From Bdellovibrio sp. ZAP7 (GTDB taxonomy: Bacteria; Bdellovibrionota; UBA1018; CAIMNF01): a stretch of DNA of 64,000 bases. The stretch covers positions 28,471 through 92,470 of the forward strand of contig CAMCGZ010000001.1 of NCBI GenBank assembly GCA_945874535.1, in the 5' to 3' direction. This document shows positions 57,485-64,000 of the stretch, in pieces. The notes under the pieces are model-generated. The model saw nothing but the letters and a program-made list of their open reading frames with translations, was not told the origin of the DNA and did not search any database. A program made the position numbers and the translations under genes. Numbering within the stretch: position 1 is the first letter of the stretch; each line of letters begins with the position of its first letter.

Positions 57485-57998
57485 AAATCGGGAGCGCGTT
57501 CACAGGAAGAACGGACTTCGTCTGATCCGCAGGGGCAGTCGGAGCGCGCCGCATTCCCATCAGGTGGGTGCGCAGTTCCTGGAACATCGGATGTTTGATC
57601 GGTTGATCATTTTCCTGGAGCACCACCTGCTTCGCGATCCGTGAGCGGGTGTTGATCACCACAGGGGCCTTGAGATTCGCTGTCATCTCGGTCAGGTTCC
57701 CGGGAATGGTGAGGATGGTGAACACACTGGCTTCCTTGATGGAATCGAGCCGGAGTTCACGCAGTTCGGATGCCGAAAGGCGGACCACGTAATCGTTCTT
57801 GTAGATGCGTGGCTCGAGCACAGGAAATGCAAGATGGGGGTTGGTCAAGGACTGCAACCAGAGGATGAGCGTGTCATCTCCGGAGTCGACCAGGCAGTAA
57901 TCCTGTTCTTCAGGAAAGCCCAGAATGCCGCTCGGGATCGTGATGATCTCGTCGGTTGAAATTTCGATTTGGCCAAAACGTCCTGTTTGTACCAGCAT
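57462..57998 (-). CDS. fliW: Flagellar assembly factor FliW
   Basis: T.RFG...GILGF...WLQS...LAF...TANLKAPVVIN...KQVVL. Confidence 0.93.
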   Translation of the reverse strand: MLVQTGRFGQIEISTDEIITIPSGILGFPEEQDYCLVDSGDDTLILWLQSLTNPHLAFPVLEPRIYKNDYVVRLSASELRELRLDSIKEASVFTILTIPGNLTEMTANLKAPVVINTRSRIAKQVVLQENDQPIKHPMFQELRTHLMGMRRAPTAPADQTKSVLPVNALPISTRVELI

Positions 57999-58114
57999 AT
58001 AAACCTCCCAGGAAAAACTTTTTCCCAACTGAAGCTTAGCTTTACGTGGGGGTATTGAGCAAGAGCGTTATTTGCCTAGGGCCAAAAAAATGACGCCTTA
58101 TCCGACCGCTTGCG

Positions 58115-58339
58115 TCAGCCTTTCAGGGCCTTGGATACGGCATTCAAGTCGGCAGGTGCGGTTCCCGCAACCTTGTTTTGATCCTGGATTGAGGTATAGA
58201 CCTCTTCCCGGTGAATCTTGGTCTCTTTCGGTGCCTGAATGCCGAGTCGCACCTGTTTGCCCTTGATCTGAACCACGGTGATCTTGATGTGATCATCGAT
58301 TGCGATAGTTTCGCCGAGTTTTCGGGTCAGAACGAGCAT
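58115..58339 (-). CDS. csrA: Carbon storage regulator CsrA
   Basis: MLVLTRKLGE...QVRLGI.AP....IHREE. Confidence 0.96.
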   Translation of the reverse strand: MLVLTRKLGETIAIDDHIKITVVQIKGKQVRLGIQAPKETKIHREEVYTSIQDQNKVAGTAPADLNAVSKALKG

Positions 58340-58342
58340 AAA

Positions 58343-58378
58343 ACCTCCATGTACTGAACTACTAAGTAATCCAATTAC
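58343..58378 (-). promoter_or_regulatory. Candidate CsrA-binding sites in the csrA leader
   Basis: CAUGGAGG overlapping the SD, plus hairpin AGUAAU-UGG-AUUACU upstream. Confidence 0.4.
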
Positions 58379-58422
58379 TCACAGGGGGTCATAGCCCAGC
58401 CCGGGATGATAAACAAGAGAAA

Positions 58423-59409
58423 TTATCGCAAAAAGTCAAGAAGTGTGGGCTGAATCAGGTGTTTTGAACTCGCCAAACTGCTCTTGAAAACAGTCTCCTC
58501 TTTGGCCAGATCACTCACCACCCGGGTCATGTCCGCATCCTCGATGTTGGAAGTCAGCTGTGCATTGGTGATGTTGTGCCGCTCGAGCGCGCTCATATTC
58601 CCGGCGATACTTTGCACGCGGGATCCGACCTTGGAGCGCAGGGAGATCACTTTTCCAAGCAAGTCATCGAAGGCGTCGAGAGAGCCCCGAATGGTCTCCA
58701 TATCGCCGGTCAAAAGACCGGTCCGGAGCGCCTTGAGTTGCTGGAACAAGTTTGTATTTTGCGGGCCCTCCTGACTCTCGGAGGCAAGCCGGCGCGATGG
58801 CCCCGCTGCAGATTCATCGCCTTTTTCCTGGCGGATCCTGCGCATGTCGGCCGATCCATTCGGGTTGGTGTTGAAGACTTCGTGACCCGGAAGATTGGCT
58901 CCGATGAAGACCTCACGGCCGATCTCGACCATCATTTCGCCTTCGTCGCCGTGATAATTTCCGTCCGCATCGACAGGAGACTGGGTGGTCTTGAAACCAC
59001 CGAAGATGTACCGGTCACCGATCCTTCGATTCCCGGTGGCGACAGCCCGCTGGAAAAGCTGGCTCACTTCTTCAGCGACACCGTAGCGGGATTCCGGAGT
59101 GGAGCTCGCGTTGCTCGACTGTCCGATCGCGATTTCTTTCGCCCTCATGACAATCTCTGAGATGTCTTCCAGGGCGTGGTCCGTATTATCCAGGAACGCA
59201 TTCGCCAGTCTCGCATTCACCTGAAATTGCTCGTTGTTCACTTTGTCCGTCCTCACTTCAAGCACCTTCGCCGCACCGACGGGATCGTCAGAGGGGCGGT
59301 TCAGTTTTTTCAGGGTCGCGGTCTCACCTTGAAGGTTCTCCATCCGGGATTTCGCCCGGGTGATGCTGTCGCGGACCACTCCGAAATTGGTGTTATCCGA
59401 TACCCTCAT
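58423..59409 (-). CDS. flgL: Flagellar hook-associated protein FlgL
   Basis: RPSDDP, GDRYIFGG, C-terminal TLLDFLR. Confidence 0.93.
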   Translation of the reverse strand: MRVSDNTNFGVVRDSITRAKSRMENLQGETATLKKLNRPSDDPVGAAKVLEVRTDKVNNEQFQVNARLANAFLDNTDHALEDISEIVMRAKEIAIGQSSNASSTPESRYGVAEEVSQLFQRAVATGNRRIGDRYIFGGFKTTQSPVDADGNYHGDEGEMMVEIGREVFIGANLPGHEVFNTNPNGSADMRRIRQEKGDESAAGPSRRLASESQEGPQNTNLFQQLKALRTGLLTGDMETIRGSLDAFDDLLGKVISLRSKVGSRVQSIAGNMSALERHNITNAQLTSNIEDADMTRVVSDLAKEETVFKSSLASSKHLIQPTLLDFLR

Positions 59410-59413
59410 CTAA

Positions 59414-60844
59414 TCATCCCCTCAGCCTCAGGACCGTGTCCATCATCTCGTCGGCAACCTTGATCACTCTTGCCGATGCATCGAATGCATGCTGAAACTG
59501 CATCAAATTGGTGGTTTCCTCGTCGATCGAAACCCCGGAGACCTGGTCCCGGACCTTGTTCAACTGGGTGAGAATGCTCTGTTGCTGTCCGAGCGCCTCG
59601 CGGTTACGCGAAGATGCCGTGCCGACGTCCGCAACGATCGAGTTGTAAAAGTCGTCAACGGTGGTGTGTCCGGCGTTCATCAGCCGGAGATTCTGAAGAT
59701 TGGCGATGGCAAGAGCGTTCCGGTTGTCGCTCGGAGCTCCCGGCTGCAAGGCCGCGGCGATATTTCCCACTGAAGTGCTGATATCCGAAGAAAGGCGAAG
59801 CGACTGGGCCGCACCCGTGACCCCGCGGGGCTCTTCAAAGAATCGGACTCCAGTACGCCCGTCCTGAGTGAATCCCTTCGAGTGAAGCTCATTCACCGAT
59901 TTGGCGACAGAATGAGCCAGCTCATCGAGCCTGGCAAGAACCTGGTTCACCGACTTGTCCCGAACCTCGATCTGGGCCCCGAGTTTTCCGCCCTTGAATT
60001 GATCGGTGATCGCCTGGTTGGCGAATGCCGAACGTGAAATTTGAAACGAGTTGTCTACCGCACCGGGAGCATGGTCCGCGCCATGACGGCCGACGGCGTA
60101 CTTTTCCACGATGGTTCCGGTCACCAGGGGGCCGACGCCCTTGATGTCGACATTGACGTTACCTTCATTGTCCTTGTGAGAGATGACGTCGACGAATTCG
60201 CTGATTTTTTTCAGAATGAAATCCCTGCGATCACGGAGATCGTTGGCCGCGTCGGTGCCGGTCACTTCCGACTGGCGGACCCTGCGGTTTAAATCGGCAA
60301 GTTCTTGCGCAAAAGAGTTCAGTTCTTTGAGATTTCCTTCGATACGATGGTCGATGTGGGTGCGTACGGACTCGACCTCCGCTCGCAAGCGACGAAAATC
60401 ACCCACCATGGCCTGGGAGGACTCCCTCACGGCTTGCCGGATCGCTTCACTGGTCGGCTCGTTGGACAGCTTCCGGAAGTCGTTGTAGAAGCGGGCAATC
60501 AGACGGTTCAAGCCATCTCCGCCCATTTCATTGAAAATGTCTTCGATCTGGTTCAAGAAAACCTGACGCTCATCGTGGAACGCCATGTCGCGCGAACCTT
60601 CCCTGAGTTGCCGCTCTAGGTATTCATCGTTGATCCGCTCGATCTTTGAGATCCGTGATCCTTCGCCGACGAAATGACCTCCTTGACCCGCAATCTGCTT
60701 TCCGACTTCTGCCTCGGACTGAACCCGTTGGCGGGAATAGCCCTCGGTTCCCGCATTGGAAATGTTGTGCCCTGCAGTCGCGATACCAGCCTTCGCGGTG
60801 CTCATTCCGGACTTTCCGGTTTGCAGGACGTTCACCAATGCCAT
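59414..60844 (-). CDS. flgK: Flagellar hook-associated protein FlgK
   Basis: HNISNA.TEGYSRQ, NDLRD.RD, SGVSIDEE. Confidence 0.95.
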   Translation of the reverse strand: MALVNVLQTGKSGMSTAKAGIATAGHNISNAGTEGYSRQRVQSEAEVGKQIAGQGGHFVGEGSRISKIERINDEYLERQLREGSRDMAFHDERQVFLNQIEDIFNEMGGDGLNRLIARFYNDFRKLSNEPTSEAIRQAVRESSQAMVGDFRRLRAEVESVRTHIDHRIEGNLKELNSFAQELADLNRRVRQSEVTGTDAANDLRDRRDFILKKISEFVDVISHKDNEGNVNVDIKGVGPLVTGTIVEKYAVGRHGADHAPGAVDNSFQISRSAFANQAITDQFKGGKLGAQIEVRDKSVNQVLARLDELAHSVAKSVNELHSKGFTQDGRTGVRFFEEPRGVTGAAQSLRLSSDISTSVGNIAAALQPGAPSDNRNALAIANLQNLRLMNAGHTTVDDFYNSIVADVGTASSRNREALGQQQSILTQLNKVRDQVSGVSIDEETTNLMQFQHAFDASARVIKVADEMMDTVLRLRG

Positions 60845-60847
60845 CGA

Positions 60848-61393
60848 TCAGACTTCCTTAGAGATCAGCCTCGGTCCGTGGGCGTTTGAACTCCCCGTGT
60901 TCCGCTGGCCGCTTTGATTGTAGGTCGCCGCTTTCGGGTTGGTTTCCCCGAAAATGTTCTGTTTCATGTTTTGAATGTGCTTCAGGGATTCGTTGACCAG
61001 ACTCCCGTTCAATTCGTTCTGTTTTTTGATCCGCTCGACGAGGACCATCAGGGTGCTCAAGTCGGCCTGAAGGCGATCTGCCAGCGCGGAGTCACGCTCC
61101 CGCGTCCGGAGAATGAGGTTCCGGAGCGAGGCCTCTGCAGGATTGATTTGCCCGGCCTCGCACCAATTCCGGACCACGATCTGTCTCGAAAGCTCGGCCT
61201 GGTGAATCCAGTGAATCAAAGCCTCTTTGGCGGAAGTGGCCTCATAGGTCGCCCGCACGTCTGCTTGAGTGATCGCCTCGTTCTCGGACTTGACGACCTC
61301 ATAAAGCTGCCGGTGAAGCCCGATGAGCTCCTGAAGAGTCTCATGAAGCCCGGCTGCATAATCTTGATTTTTATCCGTCCTGTTTTCCATCAT
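60848..61393 (-). CDS. flgN: Flagellar export chaperone FlgN
   Basis: Helical, N..N..L motif, TYNQSG tail; position between flgM and flgK. Confidence 0.8.
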   Translation of the reverse strand: MMENRTDKNQDYAAGLHETLQELIGLHRQLYEVVKSENEAITQADVRATYEATSAKEALIHWIHQAELSRQIVVRNWCEAGQINPAEASLRNLILRTRERDSALADRLQADLSTLMVLVERIKKQNELNGSLVNESLKHIQNMKQNIFGETNPKAATYNQSGQRNTGSSNAHGPRLISKEV

Positions 61394-61435
61394 GCCTCAC
61401 CCGCATCCTGCTCGGAGGTTTTGTGGTTTTGTGAA

Positions 61436-61762
61436 TCAGGCGCCAGCCAGTCCAAGGTGGTCATCCACCAGACGATCGGCAATCGCATCCGCGCCGACAT
61501 TGTATTTCTTGTTGGCGATTTTTTCACGAAGCTCGGCGATCTTCGCTTCGCGGACATCGGACGACTCTGAGGCGATTTGCTTGGATTTCGCCATATCACG
61601 TGCGCGAGTGGAAATTTCTGCGCTCGCAGAATCGTTTTTAGAGGTGGTTGCCGCGCGATCGGCACGACTCTCATAAGCGTTCGATTTCAGCTTCTCTGTC
61701 TTCTTGGCAGACTGCGCCTCAGCGCTCTGAATGGCCGGACTGTTCGCTGGATTGACCCTCAT
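61436..61762 (-). CDS. flgM: Anti-sigma28 factor FlgM
   Basis: EIS..A...DVREAKIAELREKIA...Y.V.A..IAD; GGAGG SD. Confidence 0.9.
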   Translation of the reverse strand: MRVNPANSPAIQSAEAQSAKKTEKLKSNAYESRADRAATTSKNDSASAEISTRARDMAKSKQIASESSDVREAKIAELREKIANKKYNVGADAIADRLVDDHLGLAGA

Positions 61763-62114
61763 GTGTACCTCCTGTACTCACGGAACCGGGATTGCGGCCC
61801 GTGTTTTCATTGTACTGTGTGTTTGCCTGCGAGCGCAACCAATAATCCACGATTTGCTCGGACAATCCGAGGGAATTCTGCCGGGCTGCGATTTCGGCAT
61901 ATTCCTGGTCGAGCATGCCCTGGTAAATGTCCGAGGCGGAATTCCTGAGTGAGAATTCCGACTTTTCCACGGTTCCACGCATGGCCTTCATCATTTCTTG
62001 GGTAAAGATGGCCTCGAGGCCTTCCGCAGCCTTCACCATCTCGGGACTGGCCCGGTCGGCGTCAACTTTTTGATTCCGCGCAAGGGAAGAGGGGGGGATC
62101 CGGGGGAGACTCAT
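61719..62114 (-). CDS. flgJ: FlgJ-like rod-binding protein (no muramidase domain)
   Basis: AAEGLEAIF..MMKAMR.TV...YQGMLDQEYA....LGL. Confidence 0.85.
   Translation of the reverse strand: MSLPRIPPSSLARNQKVDADRASPEMVKAAEGLEAIFTQEMMKAMRGTVEKSEFSLRNSASDIYQGMLDQEYAEIAARQNSLGLSEQIVDYWLRSQANTQYNENTGRNPGSVSTGGTHEGQSSEQSGHSER
61809..61838 (-). promoter_or_regulatory. Candidate internal sigma70 promoter for flgM
   Basis: TTGCGC-N18-TACAAT inside the flgJ 3' end. Confidence 0.35.
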
Positions 62115-62272
62115 GATCGAGCCCCCCCGGATCCTTTGATCGAATTCAGGTTCGGGACGGGAACATCGTGTTCCGGCGTCATGCCGATGAATTGAAAAGA
62201 TTTGAGTGTGCCTGCCATCCTAGCAAGCGGTTGCTTCATCTCTGTTTCCTGGATCATCGGTTCATTTTCCAT
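62111..62272 (-). CDS. Putative 53-aa small protein between flgI and flgJ (not in ORF track)
   Basis: MENEPMIQETEMKQPLARMAGTLKSFQFIGMTPEHDVPVPNLNSIKGSGGARS*; stop overlaps the flgJ ATG (ATGA). Confidence 0.4.
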   Translation of the reverse strand: MENEPMIQETEMKQPLARMAGTLKSFQFIGMTPEHDVPVPNLNSIKGSGGARS

Positions 62273-62321
62273 CCATCCGTGGACGGTCGCCTCGTCCCTC
62301 TCCTTCCTTCAAATCAATCGT

Positions 62322-63404
62322 TCAAATCATTTCCAAATCTGCCTGCAAGGCCCCGGTGGCCTTCATCGTTTGGAAAATCGCTGTCATGTCCTTGGGCGCG
62401 ACACCCAGGGTATTCAGCAATTTCACCAAATCCGAAACCGTCGCATTTCCATTCACCAGGCCGCGGTCGGCATCGGCGCGGGCTCCGGGCTTGAGCTCCA
62501 GGAGGCGCTCCTTGGCTTGCCCCTTGACCTGGATTGACAAATCACCGTGAGAAATCGCAACCGGCGCCAAGCTCACTTTATCGCCCATCACCACCGTACC
62601 GGTCCGCTCGTTCAGGACCACCTTAGCCTTCGAGTCGGTCACCACCCGGATGTTTTCCACGCGGGCCATGAGATCCACGGTCTTTCCCTCATAGTTGAAG
62701 GGAACGACCACATCGACAGTCGCGCTATCGCGCGCACTGGCGAACTTGCCACCGAGCTCGGCATTCACGAGCGCCACCAATCGGGCCGCTGTAGTGAAGT
62801 CCGGGTTGTTCAGCGACATACGGAAACTCTTCTTCTCAGCGAAATTGGTATCGACGTCCTTTTCGATCATGGCGCCTGAAACGATCCGCCCGACGGTCGG
62901 GAACACGCCCTTGCCGGAGTCGGTCAGAGACCCGAGGGTCACCTGGCCCTGCGCCACTGCATACACATGCTGATCGCCCGCACGGAGCGGAGTCACGAGG
63001 AGTGTTCCTCCCTCGAGAGACGCAGCATCGCCGATGGATGATACCGTGACATCGATCTGTGCTCCTGACCTGGCAAAGGGAGGGAGCTTGGCGGTCACAA
63101 TGACTGCAGCCGCATTTTTCGATTTAACCGCCGCATTTTTCTCAATGTCGAGACCGAGCTTGCCGAAGAGTCGACCGAGGGATCTCGCGGTCACATCCGT
63201 GCTGGAATCACCGGTTCCTCGAAGACCGACCACCAGACCGTAACCGATCAGGATGTTTTCGCGGACCCCCTTCACCGAAGCAATGTCTTTGATCCGTGCA
63301 CCGACAGTGATGGATCCGAGCGAAACCCCTGGAATCAGGAATGCCGCGATCGCAATGAGGGTCAGCCCGTAGTATTTAGCGCGCAACGCGGATGTTGTAT
63401 TCAT
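62322..63404 (-). CDS. flgI: Flagellar P-ring protein FlgI
   Basis: RIKDIA...GYGLVVGL.GTGD, SLEGGTLL.TPL, NERTGTVV, GALQA. Confidence 0.96.
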   Translation of the reverse strand: MNTTSALRAKYYGLTLIAIAAFLIPGVSLGSITVGARIKDIASVKGVRENILIGYGLVVGLRGTGDSSTDVTARSLGRLFGKLGLDIEKNAAVKSKNAAAVIVTAKLPPFARSGAQIDVTVSSIGDAASLEGGTLLVTPLRAGDQHVYAVAQGQVTLGSLTDSGKGVFPTVGRIVSGAMIEKDVDTNFAEKKSFRMSLNNPDFTTAARLVALVNAELGGKFASARDSATVDVVVPFNYEGKTVDLMARVENIRVVTDSKAKVVLNERTGTVVMGDKVSLAPVAISHGDLSIQVKGQAKERLLELKPGARADADRGLVNGNATVSDLVKLLNTLGVAPKDMTAIFQTMKATGALQADLEMI

Positions 63405-64000
63405 AGAGTTTTCCCGATTGGATCATGTCCTTTTCGTCGAGATCTGCAGCCGGAGCCACAGCGACGAGAGACACCAGTTTGGTATGTCCGCGGTAAAGGA
63501 CGCGCTTGACCGCACGAATCTTGAAGTTTCCGTTCTGAAACCGATCGATGATTTCCGCACGGAGTTCTTCATTCGGATTGAGTGCGATCGCCTTGGACAA
63601 ATCGACCTGCGACCAGCGAACCGCTTTCTCCATGCGACTCTTTACGGCAAGGGCTTCATCGGACCGGAGGTCGTCGGAGGCCACGTTCCTGTAAGCCTTC
63701 AGATCCTGGTCATCCTTGGTGAGCTCGTTGTTTTTCAGATGCAGGGCCATTTCGACCGCTTGCTCCGCCGTGGTCAGGGTTTTCTTCACCTCTTCGGCGA
63801 TCTGACGGACAAACACATCATCCACTTTCACCGAAACAATATCCCCCGGAGAGCGGACCTTCCCCTTGGTGAAAAAGTGATTCGCATCATTTCCATTCGC
63901 CCAGAGGGATCCATCCCCGGGTGCATTGTCATAAAAGTCATTGCGGGTAGCGCGGTCACCGAGTGCGAAAGTCCTGTTTTGACGGGCATATCCGCGATTC
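63376..64000 (-). CDS. flgH: Flagellar L-ring protein FlgH (5' truncated by window edge), divergent
   Basis: Frame open to the window edge: ...DGSLW...FFTK....GDIVSV; NGNFKI; adjacent to flgI. Confidence 0.8.
   Translation of the reverse strand, partial: NRGYARQNRTFALGDRATRNDFYDNAPGDGSLWANGNDANHFFTKGKVRSPGDIVSVKVDDVFVRQIAEEVKKTLTTAEQAVEMALHLKNNELTKDDQDLKAYRNVASDDLRSDEALAVKSRMEKAVRWSQVDLSKAIALNPNEELRAEIIDRFQNGNFKIRAVKRVLYRGHTKLVSLVAVAPAADLDEKDMIQSGKLYEYNIRVAR

Noticed and set aside
1-64000. Mobile elements, prophage, defence systems, tRNA/rRNA
   Set aside because: No integrase, transposase, phage, nuclease or structural-RNA signatures recognised

Overview
A GC-rich, very gene-dense bacterial chromosomal segment. 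Gene content (TraR/DksA pair, RCC1-repeat lipoprotein, DacB, GS-III, STAS/anti-sigma pair, rpsF-rpsR-DUF2232-rplI-dnaB, flgH-I-J-M-N-K-L-csrA-fliW) points, by inference, to a Bdellovibrionota or deltaproteobacteria-like organism. I found no tRNA, rRNA, CRISPR array, integrase or transposase. Core blocks are envelope/glycosylation genes, GS-III, PEPCK, a ribosomal/dnaB operon, a moxR-DUF58-batA-batBC-batD cluster, etfBA with a FadF-like Fe-S oxidoreductase, bamD, and the flagellar hook-junction cluster. Main observations: (1) a candidate sigma28-driven 74-aa Cys3His protein whose 3' region (17961-18137) folds into a multi-helix RNA carrying an anti-Shine-Dalgarno motif that can pair with either an internal SD-like loop or the gene's own SD; (2) adjacent full-length M20-peptidase-like and ALDH-like genes that have both lost key catalytic residues; (3) many genes with a -10-like box 6-8 nt before the ATG, suggesting leaderless mRNAs; (4) two small ORFs absent from the ORF track, an LptM/YifL-like lipoprotein and an flgI-flgJ intergenic ORF. 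All calls come from motif recognition by eye; no database searches were run.
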